64,000 bases of DNA from contig CM059425.1 of NCBI GenBank assembly GCA_030390025.1, positions 52,018,001-52,082,000 of the forward strand, given 5' to 3'. Positions 22,336 to 36,328 of the stretch are shown one piece after another. Positions within the stretch are counted from its first letter, which is position 1. Each line of letters opens with the position of its first letter. This DNA is from Squalus acanthias. Lineage: Eukaryota. The translations under genes and the position numbers were made by a program. The notes beneath the pieces were generated by a model that was not told the DNA's origin, searched no databases, and saw nothing but the letters and a program-made list of their open reading frames with translations.

Positions 22336-25300
22336 GAGTCGGAATCTCTGGATTACTCCCTGTGCCACAAGCTTGTGAGTATAGAAATAGGAGGATAGAG
22401 CAGATGAATGTGTGGCTGGAGAGATGGTGCAGGAGGAAGGGCTTCAGATTCCTGGGACATCGAGACCGGTTCTGGGTGGGACCTGTACAGGCTGGACGGG
22501 TTGCACCTCAACAGAGTTGGAACCAATGTCCTCGCGGTGGGGGCGGGGGTGCTAGTGCTGTTGGGGAGTATTTAATTAATTTGGCAGGGGGATGGGCATT
22601 AGAAAGGAGAAACAAAGTGCACCAAGGATGGGGAGAAACAGATAGCACTAGAGTAAGAAATAGTAATGTATTAGGTGGGGTCAGATTAAGAGGGAATACA
22701 AGAAGGTCTAAGATAGGTTTACAGTGCATGTGTATAAATGCACGATGAGTGGTAAATAAGGTTGGTGAGCTGCAGGCGCAAATAGACACATGGGAATATG
22801 ATGTCATGGCAATAACGGAGATCTGGCTCAAAAAAGGGCAGGATTGGGTATTAAATATTCCTGGATATAAGGTGTTCAGGAAAGATAGGGAAGGAAAGAA
22901 AGGAGGTGGGGTGGCAGTATTGATTAAGGAGAATATTACAGTGCTGGAGAGAGAGGATGTCCTGGAGGGGTCAAGGACAGAATCTATTGGTTAGAGTTAA
23001 CAAATAATAGAGGTTCCATTACACTACTAGGTGTATTCTACAGGCCACCAACTAGTGGGAAAGATATAGAGGAGCAAATTTGCAGGGAGATTAAAGAGGT
23101 GCAAGAATTATAGAGTAGTGATAATGGAGGACTTCAATTATCCTAATATAGACTGGGATAATAGTGTAAAGGGCAGAGAGGGGGAAGAATTTCTGAAGTG
23201 TGTTCTGGAATACTTTCTTGATCAGTATGTTTCCGGCCCAACGAGGAAGGAGGCATTGCTGGATCTGGTTCTGGGGAATGAGGTGGGTCACGTGGAGCAA
23301 GTGTCAGAACATAAGAAATAGGAGCAGGAGTAGGCCATTCGGCCCTTCGAGCCTGCTCCGCCATTCATTGAGATCATGGCTGATCTTCTGCCTCAATTCC
23401 ATTCACCGGCCCTATCGCCATATCCCTTGATGCCCTTACTCATCAGAAATCTATCGACTTCTGTTTTGAATATACCCAGTGACTGAGCCGCCACAGCCCT
23501 CTGGGGTAGAGAATTCCAAAGATTCACCACCCTCTGTGAAGAAATTTCTTCTCATCTCAGTCCTGAATGGCCTACCCTTTATCCTGAGGCTGTGGCCCCT
23601 GGTTCTAGACTCCCCAGCCAAGGGAAACATTCTCCCAGCATCCACCCTATCAAGCCCTGTAATAATTTTGTATGCTTCAATGAGATCCCCTCTCATTCTT
23701 CTGAATTCAAGAGAATACAGGCCTAGTTTACTCAATCTCTTCTCATACGACAGTCCTGCCATCCCAGGAATCAATCTTGTGAACCTTCGTTGCACTCCCT
23801 CTATGGCAAGTATATCCTTCCTTAGGAAAGGAGACCAAAATTGTACACAGTACTCCAGGTGTGGTCTCACCAAGGCCCTATATAATTGGAGTAAGACTTT
23901 ACTCCTGTACTCAAATTTTCTTGTAATAAAGGCCAGCATACCATTTGCCTTCCTAATGGCTTGCTGCACCTGCACATTCACTTTGTGACTCATGTACAAG
24001 GACACCCAGGTCCCTTTAAGCATCTGCATTCCCCAATCTTATACCATTTAGGAAATACTCTGCCTTTCTGTTTTTTCTACCAAAGTGTCTAACTTCACAT
24101 TTATCCACATTATAATCCATCTGCCATGTTCACGCCCACTCACTGAGCCTGTCGAGATCCCCTTGAAGCCTCTTCACATCCTCTTTGCAACTGACACTGC
24201 CACCTAGCTTTGTGTCATCAGCAAATTTGGAAATGTTACATTTAGTCCCCTCATCCAAATCATTGATCTAGATTGTGAATAGCTGGGGCCCAAGCACTGA
24301 TCCTTGCGGTACCCCACTAGTCACAGCCTGCCATCCTGAAAAAGACCTGTTTATCCCTACTCTTTGTTTTCTGTCTGTTAACCAATTCTCAATCCATGCT
24401 AGTATATTACCCCCAATTCCATGTGCCCTAATTTTGTTCACCAACCTCTTGTGTGGGACCTTATCAAAGGCCTTCTGAAAATCCAAATACACCACATCTA
24501 CCAGTTCCCCTTTGTCTACTCCACTAGTTACATCCTCAAAGAACTCCAATAGGTTTGTCAAACAGGACTTCCCTTTCATAAATCCATGTTGACTCTGCCC
24601 AATCTTACTATTAGTTTCTAAGTGCCCAGTTATTGCATCCTTTATAATAGATTCCAGCATTTTCCCAACTACTGATGTGAGGCTAACAGGTCTGTAGTTC
24701 CCCGTTTTCTCTCTCCCTCCTTTCTTAAATAGCAGGGTTACATTTGCTATCCTCCAATCTGCAGGAACCGTTCCAGATCTATAGAATTTTGGAAGATGAC
24801 AACCAATGCGTCCGTAGGGGAACATTTAGGGAACAGTGATCATGGTTTAGATTAGCTATGGAAAAGGACAGGGAGCAATGTAGAGTAAAAATACTTAATT
24901 GGAGGAAGGCAAATTTCAGTGGGTTGAGAACGGATCTGGCTTGGGTAAATTGGAATCAAAGATTGGCAGGCAAAACTGTAATCGAACAATGGCTGCCTTT
25001 AATGAGATGGTTCGGATACAGTCGAGGTACATTCTCACGAGGGGGAAAGGTAGGGCAACTAAAGCCAGAGCTCCCTGGATGATGATAGAGAATAAAATGA
25101 AGCAGAAAAAGAGCGCGTATGACAGATGTCAGGTTGAGAATACAAGGCTGAATATAGAAAGTTCAGAGGGAAAGTGAAAAAGAAAATAAGAGGGGCAAAG
25201 AGAGAGTATGAAAATAGATTGGCAGCTAACATAAAAGGGAATTCAAAAGTCTTCTATTGGCATATAAATAATAAACAGGTAGTAAGAGGAGGGGTGGGGC

Positions 25301-27010
25301 CGATTAGGGACCAAAAAGGAGACCTACGCATGGAGGCAGAGGGCATAGCTGAGGTACTAAACGAATACTTTGCATCTGACTTCACCAAGGAAGAAGATGC
25401 TGACAAAATCATAGTGAAAGAGGAGGTAGTGGAGATACTGGATGAGATAAAAATTGATAAAGAGGAGGTACTAGAAAGGCTGTCTGAACTTAAAGTTGAT
25501 CAGTCACCAGGACCGGATGGGATGCATCCTAGGTTGCTGAGAGAGGTTAAGGAGGAAATTGTGGAGGTACTCTAATCCTTCTTAGATACGGGGGTGGTGC
25601 CAGAGGACTGGAGAACTGCAAATGTTATACCCTTGTTCAAAAAAGGGTGTAAGGATAAACCCAGCAACTACAGGCCAGTCAGTTTAACCTCGGAAGTGGG
25701 GAAGCTTTTGAAAACGATAATCAGGGTCAAATTTAACAGTGACTTGGACAAGTGTGGATTAATTAAGGAAAGGCAGCACGGATTTGTTAAAGGCAAATCG
25801 TGTTTAACTAACTTGATCGCGTTTTTTGATGAGGTAACAGAGAGGGTTGATGAGGGCAATGCGGGTGACGTGGTGTAGATGGACTTCTAAAAGGCGTTTG
25901 ATAAAGTACCACATTATAGGCTTACCAACAAAGTTGAAGACCATGGAATAAAAGGGACAGTGGCAGCATGGATATGAAATTGTCTAAGTGGCAGGAAACA
26001 GAGTAGTGGTGAACGTTGTTTTTCAGGAAGGTATACAGTGGTGTTCCCCAGGGGTCGGTACTAGGACCACTGCTCTTCTTGATATATATCAATGACTTGG
26101 ACTTGGGAGTACAGGGCACAATTTCAAAATTTGCTGATGACACAAAACTTGGAGGTATAGTGAACAGTGAGGAGGATAGTGATGGACTTCAAGAAGATAT
26201 AGACAGGCTGGTGAAATGAGTGGAGACATGGCAGATGAAATTTAATGCAGAAAAGTGCGGTGATATATTTTGGTAGGAAGAATGAGGAAGGGCAATATAA
26301 ACTAAAGGGTACAATACTAAAGGGGGTGCATGAACAGAGAGACCTGGGGGTATATGTGCACAAATCGTTGAAGGTGGCAGGGCAGGTTGACAAAGCGGTT
26401 AAAAAAGCATACGGGATCCTGGGCTTCATAAATAGAAGCATAGAGTACAAAAGCAAGGAAGTTATGATGAACCTTTATAAAACACTGGTTCGGCCTCAAC
26501 TGGAGTATTGTGTCCAATTCTGGGCACTGCACTTTAGGAAGGATGTGAAGGCCTTAGAGAGGGTGCAGAAAAGATTTACAAGAATGATTCCAGGGATGAG
26601 GGACTTCAGGATAGACTGGAGAAGCTGGGGTTGTTCTCCTTAGAGCAGAGAAGATTGAGAGGAGATTTGACAGGTGTTCAAAATCATGAGGGGTCGAGAC
26701 AGAGTAGATAGAGAGAAACTGTTCCCATTGGTGGAAGGGTCAAGAATCAGAGGACACAGATTCAAGGTGATTGGCAAAAGAACCGCAGCGAGTGGTTAGG
26801 ATCTGGAATGCACTATCTGAAAGTGTGGTGGAGGCAGACTCGATCATGTCTTTCAAAAGGGAATTGGATAAGTACCTGAAGGAAAAAAATTTGCAGGGCT
26901 ACGAGGAAAGGGCGGGGGAGTGGAACTAGCTGAAGTGTTCTTGCAGAGAGCCGGCACTGGTTCGACGGGCCGAATGACTTCCTTCTGTGCTGTAACCATT
27001 CTATGATTCT
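22336..27010 (+). mobile_element. Long degenerate CR1 LINE (ORF1 esterase C-terminus, APE endonuclease, RT, 3' UTR), interrupted by an antisense CR1
   Basis: ISGLLPVP..NVWLERWCRRKGFRF (ORF1); CINAR, ITEIWL, RKDREGKKGGGV, DFNYPNIDW, LLDLVL (APE); RT motifs 25500-26640; tail ATTCTATGATTCTA. Confidence 0.92.
23306..24810 (-). mobile_element. 5'-truncated CR1 nested antisense in the previous CR1
   Basis: ORFs 24268-24825 and 23451-24029 carry RT motifs; the tail (rc TTCTTATGTTC) is at ~23306; the host element resumes at GTAGGGGAACATTTAGG ~24814. Confidence 0.93.
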
Positions 27011-30000
27011 ACACATATACAGTAAGCTTCCAGTACCCATTTTTTAAGTTCAACTTAAGATTGTATTGCCACTGCCAAAGTAAGCCATTAGAATGTTACG
27101 ACATATGAATTTTTAAGTTAACTAGTTCATATATAATTCACTGAGTGTAAATCAACACTAAGAAAAAGGTGTAACTTGAATTCACTGTTAAAAACGGGTG
27201 TTCGGGTGTTGCACTGTGTAAAAGTAGTATACATCAAGCATTTTCACCAGGAAGCAGAAGATTGCTAACACTGCAGCTTCACATATCATAGAAAGATGCA
27301 TGACGGTGGGACTCTTTTACACTAGATTTATTGTTTAATGTTTGAACAATCCGGCCACTCCAAAAACTATATCACCTCCCACCAGAGGTGGAAGTCATTG
27401 GAAAAGTAGAATAAAACTGTCACCTTGTTTCATTTTTCACCTGTCTTTTTTTTCAAATGACTTCTCCCAATGCACTCATTTCAAACACAAGCTTATTTCA
27501 GAATTCTACAAGTTGTAGCTCGCTTTTAAGAGTTGTGCAAGAACACGTCAGCAATACTTGCCTGGCCACTTCTTCCCCGTAGTGAAGTTCCAAGTCTCCA
27601 CTCACTAGCTCCTTGATAGCACGGATGAGACTGGATACTCTCTGAAGTATTGTAGGTATGAACCTGTATCCCATCACTGGCAGAGCAGAAAAGTTATTTC
27701 TGCAGCTCTCAAACCCAAATGAACAATGTTGAACACATCTCCAGGAATTAATTATCCTTTAATGACTTGAAGTTTTCTCCATGCACATGACAATCAACTA
27801 CCAAAATATGCAAATAACACACTCTGTCCCAACGCCAAAAATGTGGTGACATTAAAAAGCCTGCCCAATCAATAATTGAGGGCCAAGTTTCAACAACAAT
27901 GATTCTATTATTACTTCCTTTTTCCCAAGGTAATTGAGAGAAGAGGGGCCACTTGAAAATAATTCTTGCAGAGCTGAGCTCTACCTCGTTAGCGATATAT
28001 CCACCAACTTTTACGAAATGGCCAGCAGATTTCCCCCTTCCCCCGCCATGGCTAAGTGAGCTTTGCACAGTTTGATACTTAGTTGGCATCTTAAGAATAG
28101 TTACTTGGACAGTGTACTGTAAAGACTGCTGGCAGCCATTGATGAGTCAGCATTGATGAGTCAGGCGATTACTGCCAGTCTAAGCAGTGTTTCCTCACTA
28201 CCGGCTGTCGATGACTTGACCGTAACCTTGCCATGAGGAACGAAGTGCAGTCTGCTACATGGCAATATTTTTTTCCAACTATCGTATTGATTTCATGACA
28301 CATTTTATTCACATTATGTATTTTTCTTCAGCAGTGATATCCTCTCAAGTTTTAAAAAAAGTGTATGAACTATAAGTGCACACAATTCCAAAAAGTAATT
28401 CCAAGAAACTTATGCTGACAACCTTCACCAAATAGTTCCTGTTGTCTGCAAATGAATATACTTAGCTACAAATGATACTCATTTTTGCTCAAGATGCTTA
28501 AGCTCAGCACGTCCGTGTTCTAACATCATTTGAAATTATTCCCGTGTGTGAGCAATATAGTTTGGTAGCCCTTTGTAATGATATACAAATGCTCTCAATT
28601 CTGTGCACCATCTGAAAGAGAATTCGTTTTTCTGAATCTGCATCTGCATCTCAGTATAATTACATTCTGTAGCACAGATCTAGTGTAAATTAAATAGAAT
28701 ATTTCTTTAAAATAGCAGTGTTTAGCATTTTTGTGCGAATTAGAAATGGCGAACTATGTCGGCATCATTGGTAATATGGGTATCTTGTTAACATACTCCA
28801 GTCTAATAACTGGGTGGATTAAGGGCTGGAATTTGAAAGCCAGATGTGTTCTCTGCTAATTTATTTTTGAAAAATTTCCTCCATAATTGCTATGCCTCCA
28901 GTTTGGGAAAAAAGTGAACAAATGGGAAGGCCGATGCCATCTGCAGGTTCAGTTTTCCCTCCATCGGGCCTCTAAGGACACAAAGAAAGCAGGAGAGAAG
29001 CCCATGCTTTTTACCTTTTGTGGTCAGCTGATCCCACTGAGTTGCTTTTGGTCATGTCTGGAAATCTACTACTTCAGAAAGATTTTTTGAAGGCAGAGTC
29101 TGTTTCCAGTTTGGTAGGTGACCTGTTTTGTGTTTTCAGTGTGTCTGGGAACTCCTTAGTGTAATTAGTGACCTTTGAACTCTGAAGCTAATCCTGAGCT
29201 GTTTTGTATTCCTTACTCATCTTTAAGGCTGGTCTTCTCTCTTTTTCAGTATCCGTTGCCATAATTAAAGAAGAAACAGCTGCATTTCAAAGGGATTCCG
29301 ATTCTAGAAGCTTAATCGTGATTGACAAGCCCTTCTTATTCTGGGCAATAAGAAAACTCTGGGAGTCCTTTCTTCTGCTGAAACTTCAATCATTTTCAAA
29401 AATTATCTCATTTGGATTTCATTCTATTCCTTTTATAACTATTCTGCTATACAATTTTACAAAGTTGAAAGATGCTTAGTATTTGCAGTATATATGAAAT
29501 GCATTCATCCCAAGATTGGTGCCAGACCTATATTGTTGACGGGGAGGAAGCTAAAATCCATTTAGCTTCACAACACGGTTATAAAACATTGTGCAAATCC
29601 TGCAGACGGTCTTCTGTCACAACACTTTTATCTGTGTACATAAAAGCAGCTTGCAGCATGCTATTCTATAAGCTAAAATGTCCAGGAAGTGTGTGCACAT
29701 TAAAGCTACTGTTTTAAGTATTTTCACGGCTTTTTGTAAAGGAGACGGTATTTTAAAAGATACTTTGTCAAGTTGAGAAGTTGTAAGTAGATTAGTAAAT
29801 GAATTCTAGAGCATAGCCTTGTTCTACTCAACTGTACCTATTCAGTAATTATATTTAAAGGGATCAGGTTTGGGGTGTGCAGTTGCTTTCGATTGTTTTG
29901 CTGTAATGTCTGTCCTATGTTAGTATCTGAAGACCAAATAAGATCCAATAAACGTAAACTAGTTTTTACCATTAATAAGATAGCTTTTCTTTTTCTCCCA

Positions 30001-33000
30001 GTGCCCCTTCCCCCCCAAAAAAGAAAAGAGCTGAGTCTTTCTGACGTAGTCAGACCTTTGGTACTTAACTAAAGTGATCATTCTTCATGTGTGAGCCTAG
30101 ACAGTGAAAATCTATCTGACTGCAGAGGGCATCACAACCGAGCCTAATCCTGTCCTTGCTTGAGGTTCAGGTGTAGTCTTTAGCAGGGGTCACTGGACAG
30201 TCTCTGATGCAGAAACCCAGGTACATTTTTCCCTTCTCCAGCCAAAGAAGGTCTAAGATCAATTGCAGCACCCCCTACCACTGTCCCAACTAACTCAATG
30301 CTGGGCTGGTGCAGTACCACACCAGGCAGTGTATTTATATAGTGAGCTATCACCATAGCAAATAAAAGCAGTTTTAAAAGGATATATTGTGTCATATTTA
30401 GCTGTTCAAATTCCAGCTAAATTAACATAAAAATGGATGTTACACAAGGTCAGGGATAATTAATGATGGTTGTAAACTTCAGCAGAGAAAGACTTCATTT
30501 CATGACGTGAGTGGACTATGTATGATCACCACAAAATCAGAAATCTGTCAGAACAATACTTGGCACATTTCTAATTATAATGGCTAACTTTAGTAGGCAA
30601 ATGATTTAAATAGAAACCTATTAATTTCCTTTTGTATGATGATACATATTATGTCTTTGGCACTAGTAATTTTCACCGTATTAAAATTTGTAACCTAAAT
30701 CTTCTATTCATCACTAATGTAGTTCTGAGCTTGAAGTTGCAGCTGACATGCATAAAATTGTGGTAATATGTATTCTATATTGAGATAAAACCATGAGACA
30801 TTCTGAAATGTCTACAAACTGTTCATGTACTTTCGAAGTTCATTTTAAAATAAAACACCTTTACATTCTTAATTAAGTGAGGCTGAAAAGTGTTGTATTT
30901 CTTAAAGTAATAGTCTATTAATCCCCCAGTTTAGTTAGGCGAAACCTTACATCAGTACTTCAACCAATCTAAATGTCAGAAATGTAAATAATTTCAATGA
31001 CAAACTCCATCGCTTCTATACAGTTTTACACAATTCTTCTGTCCACTCCTGCCACTACCCCGCCCACCGCCCAAACATTTCTTGCACATCTGGTTAGTCC
31101 CCAGCTACAATTCCTTTTGCAAGAGGACAAGTAGGTGACTTATTCCCAGACCACTCTGCAATTGGTCATTGTGAGGAGGACATGCAATTGGCCTGGGTGA
31201 CTTGTCCTTCAACCATCTTCCATTCTTCTCTTTCGTATTTGAAGTTGCCTCCTCCTAATGGCTGACCTGAGACAAATTAATCTCATGCATGAACCCTCAT
31301 CTACTGTGCCTTCATGTTTAGTCACCAGATCTCCTTGGTATATTTCTGCTCATTTCCAGTACACTGAGTATAGTGCTATTTTCCATGATGGCTGCTAAGT
31401 ACCCAATTACCAGACCAAATTTTGCCAATCTAAATATTTAATTATTTGGCATTATTTGCACCTTAAATACATATTGCAGTCCTACATTAGTTGTTCCAAG
31501 ATTATAATTTTTTAAGCCTCCAGTCATGCTGCTGTTCTCTTCATAAAGCTCTTATATGCACAGTTCTTTTCTAACCAAGCTCATTCAATGCTTTTATCAC
31601 TGCAACATTTGTTGTTTAGTTCAAGCCATACTGTGCATATCCAGGAACACTAAGAAAATAATGAAGAGCACTGCTGGGAATACAGACAGCTACCTGAAAC
31701 TATCCAAGAACACTCCCAAAGTATTAGCCAAATGTGTACCTCTTGACATAGTTTCTAACTGGAACTTTTCAAAATGTTAAAGTTAAATCCCATCTGATAA
31801 GACTGTATTATCCATATAAAGTATTGCAGTAAATCACTATAGCTCAACAATGCAAAATAAGATGTATTTGAAAGAGGAAGACAGTTAACAAAGATGTTGA
31901 AAAACAATTAACATTGTTCAGATTTCAGGGACTTTTTGGGATTACATCTTAAATGCCAGCAAATCAGATTTGCAGTAACTGAAAGTGAAACTGATACTTC
32001 CTTTACTAAAGTTTGCAATACTATCCAATTCCAGCCACCGTCCAGTCAGTTAGCTGTATTATCAGATTAGAATACATTGCAGGGATTGTTATCTGTTCTT
32101 ACAAAAGGGGACTGCTACCAAAAAAAAGCTAAATGTTAGCTGAATTCTGAACCTTTTAACCTGGCTCAAGCCTGTTGCTCCCTGTTATGCAAATACCTTA
32201 AAATCCCCCTGTTTAGTTCAGTGGAAATAATTTTTTGAATGACAGGTTTACTTTGTGTGGATTCAATTGGTGATTAATCCCCCTTTGATCTAGGGTATTT
32301 TGCTAAACTACCAGTTACCTCTTCTGACAGAGTGCAACTGAGATTAGGGAGATCATTGGAATGCTATCACGGTGTAGGTTTATTTTCCATAACCTCTTAG
32401 AGCAAGGGCGAGGAAAGCAATCTATTTGTAGGATTTGATGCTGTGCGACGCTGTCAATGGAGTCAGGAAGCTGATTGTATTTATTTTAACACTGCAACTG
32501 TTTTTTTTACGCAAACAAGGCAGATTTTTGTTAACATTACACATCCTTGTTGATCGGGCAGTTATGTCAACACTCAAACCAACTTGGTAAAGGGAATAAT
32601 GTTCCGTATTCATCACAAAACATGAAACTCTGTCAAGTTATCCCTTTACCCTCGTCAAGAAGTAAGCAGATTTTCCCTTCAAATAGCTGTCGTGTTGACG
32701 AAAAAGTAGCATGGTGAAGATAAAGGTTTTAAGGAGTTGAATAGTCAAAGCCCAGTTTGTAAAAATGTTATTTTACAATGCATTCCTGTTACGGTCACTT
32801 TCTGTTTGCCAGATAACGGCACAACAAACACCATCCTTCATTCCGCTATCATAGATTTCCATAGAAACCTTCAATAAGAACTGCCTTGCAAACCCAATAT
32901 TAAAGAAGTCTCAATGGTGTAACTCATCTCAATTCCAATTTTAATTGTATTTCCTATATTAGGAGAGCTGCAAATTCCTAGCTGTGATTGGTGACACAAA

Positions 33001-34689
33001 TGTGTGAATTGTCATTTTGTCTAACAAGCCACATTACTGCATGAGAAAAAAGTGTTTGAACGACTTAGTTAATAAAATCATACTCTGCTGAAACAGTTTC
33101 ACTAAGTATTTGTTTCTAATTGCCTATCAAAGAAGACATTTTTAATTTCAAATGAGAATTTTTTTAGATATATGTACATAGCAATGGTGTTTTTTGTGTG
33201 AATTAGCCTTGTTTGGAAAAAAAAGAAACACAGTTGCAGTGTTAAAACAAATATCATGAACAAGCATGTATACAGTTTCTTGGCTGCGATAAATCTGAGA
33301 ATTCAATTAAATGATAATTCATTGTAGGCAATAAAACAATTGTAAATTGGTTCCATTTCTTGTGGTTCAGTTTTACACATATTTTTTAAACAAAGCATGT
33401 TCTGATAAAGCATATTGTTGCACATATGAATTCTTGATCTCAGCCAGACTCCCAGGAAAGGCACTGAGTATTGGTGAGGAAAAATTAGAGGACAGGTTAA
33501 CCTGGATTGCTCTTGTACACCTAATAGTTTTCTATGTTATAGGGAGTCATTGTAAGAAGGTCCTTCCTTGCTCCCACAGGGGAATCATGCAGGGAACTAA
33601 TGGGGCAATATTAAATAGGGGAAAAAGAGGACTCCCCTGAAGAAGGAAAATCACAATGTTCATGCAGACCACCTTGCGGACGGTTCAGGTAGCATTGCAG
33701 AGGCCAGGGTACAGGTTGTTTGGTCACTCGCTTCAGAGCATAAGAAAGCATAGAACAAAAAAAGACAACTCATCAAGCTATGCTATTGTATAATGAAATC
33801 CTGCTAGAGTCACTTTCCACTTGCCACATAACAGTGTGATGACCCACTCTTGTGTATTTTTTCTTCACAGAGCATTTGCAGGCCAATCCTGTCATGAATA
33901 TTGCCCAACTCACTCCACTTCTTGCATAGGAAGAAACCACAGATGTATCTCAATTTGGAAAAATCATGCAGAGAGAAAAGGAAGATAAACAGGCGGGAGG
34001 AGGAAGAAACCTGGTGATTCAAGAGTCTCAGCTGTTTGTTTATTCCTTCTGTGTGATATCAAAGAATGAATACTGTAGGTATTTGTAATATAAGCGAGGG
34101 CATAATATCAGATTATATGACTCATGCAAGAGTATTCTGAAGCTGTTTTCTGTTATACCCACATTGTGTGTACAGTATATAACATTAATAAAGCTGGGTT
34201 GAAGGGAGTAACAATATAGTTGTGGTAGATCATATAAATTGCAGTAGCGAAGCCCAGGTGTTATGTAAATGTCTGAGCTCATGTTACTGCTTTTAATTTG
34301 TTTTTTCTAATTTAGGTATGTTTAATTTTTATTCATTACAGTTATTTGTGAATTCCTAATGACTTACACTTACAATATGGAAACTGAATGGAATCTATGT
34401 GAAGTGATGCCAGTTACTGTATCATGTTACACTAAGTAAAAGCTTATCAACAATATGACTGGTAGAAGGCTATTATGAGGTTTATGTGTTGTAGTGAGAT
34501 GCCAGGTATATAGGATTAGCATTAGAATGATCAAAATTATTTATTTTATTGAGAAGCTCCTGAATTTGTGCATTTGGATTATTCAATGTTCTTCATAATA
34601 TTTCAAGGAATATTACTCATGGAACAGTAATTGCGAACGTGCTTGAATGTATTCTATTAACGGAAAGCAAATCTCCAATATAGTATAGA

Positions 34690-35200
34690 AAAATAGAAAG
34701 AACTTGCCTTTTTATAGCATCTTTCACATTCTCAGGACATCCCAAAGTGCTTCACAGCCAATGAATTACTTTTGAAGGGCAGTCACTGCTGTTTTGTAGA
34801 CAAACTTGACACAATCCTTGTGCACTGTGTTACAACAAGAACAAACTAACAAATGGCTCGGGAAGCTGTTATCATGAAAGGAGCGAGGTCCCACAAATAG
34901 CAATTAGATAATTGGCCAACTAATCTGTTTTGGTGAAGATGATTGAGGGACAAATGTTAGCCAGGACACCAGGAGAACTCCTCTGCTCATCTTCAAATAG
35001 CGCCTTTGGGTCTTTTGCATCACTTGAACAGGCAGACTGGACCTCAGTTTAATTTTGCAGCTGAAAGACGGCACCTTTGACAGTGCAACACTCCCTCAGT
35101 ACAGCACTGACGTATCAGGCTTGATTTATGTGCTCAAGTCTGGAGTGGGGGTTAAATCCATGACTTTCTGACTTAAAGGTGACTGAGACAGGCTGACACC
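34690..35200 (-). mobile_element. Deu-domain SINE
   Basis: Same tail (AAGAACTTGC..GGACATCCCAAAG) and core (GAAAGACGGCACC..CACTCCCTCAGT) as 1797-2378. Confidence 0.75.
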
Positions 35201-35717
35201 ACGTTTATTCAAAACCAGCCTTTCATATAAATAAAATAATTCTCCAGCACCTTTCAAGATAGCAGCTTCCCTAGCCATTTGTTTGATCGTTTTTGTTGTA
35301 ACACAGTGCACCATGGAGTGTTGAGCTGCAGTTTGGTTCCCGTAATCACCCATATCGTGGGGCCCTGATCACAGGAGGTGCTGAGTAAAGCTTACACGCC
35401 CGAAGAGAGCCGGCACGGACTCGATGGGCCGACTGGCCTTCTTCTGTGCCGTTATGACTCTATGACTCCTCAGATTTCTATAAATGTGGTGCTCAGTTTA
35501 CAGTTAAAACCCTTGGTATTTTTTCCAGGAAATAAACTTTGCACTTTAACCAGCATCCTAACTAAAAACTCTGGAAAACTTTCACCTCAGTCAGAAGTCA
35601 GCACTGTGCAGAGAGCTTTCCATTGAACATAATGGGCCATTAAATAAGCCAACAAATTGTGGGGATTGGAGAATCGATTAATTAGCTCCTTAATATGGCA
35701 CATTGGCAATTGCAAGC

Positions 35718-36328
35718 GTGCCCAAAATTCACTGGTAGCACCCCAAGAGGGAGGCGGGGCGTTACTGGAAGCACCCCGCCTCCCTCTTGGGGCGCTGCGA
35801 GTGAATATTGCGGCGCTATGTGCCACAGCGCATGCATTGTGCCACGGTACTGCAGGCCTTCCTCCCCTTATTAAAGGGGAGGGGCCTAGCGCAGCGCAAC
35901 CCGGGGCCCTGCTGGGCCACCAGGGATCGGAGTGCCAGCAAAAGAGCCCACCGGGGGCTTCACTGGTGGCCGGAGACAGCAATGGGAGCAAGTGCCGGTA
36001 GGCGGCCCGCAACAAAAATGGCCGCCCGGCACCTCCCCTTTAATTTGCGCCACCCCGGCTGCGCGTACGCCCCCCTGACCTTGTTGGACATAGCGTCCGG
36101 CATTAGTTCAGGGGGCGCTACTGAAGATCGGGGCTGGGGCGCAAGCGGGGTGCTGCGCATGGCGATGACATCATCGCCCGAGGCGCAGCGCCATGGGGCG
36201 CTAACGGTTACCGCCTCCGCTAACCTCCCGCTGAATTTCACGGGAGGCGTTAGCGGTGCCACGCCCGGGCGCTAGTTGCTTTGTACCCCGTTACATGGGA
36301 GGCGCAAATCAACTGAATTTTTCCCCCA
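35718..36328. mobile_element. GC/CpG-rich non-autonomous DNA element (MITE-like)
   Basis: Sharp-edged 600-bp GC-rich block with weak TIRs (AAAATTCA.. / ..TGAATTTT) and a GATGACATCATC palindrome resembling motifs in the Harbinger derivatives. Confidence 0.55.

Noticed and set aside
35587-36275. CpG island with overlapping 100-155 aa ORFs, suggesting a promoter or first exon
   Set aside because: Sharp boundaries, TIR-like ends and motifs shared with the MITEs; the ORFs look like GC-rich noise with no recognisable protein.
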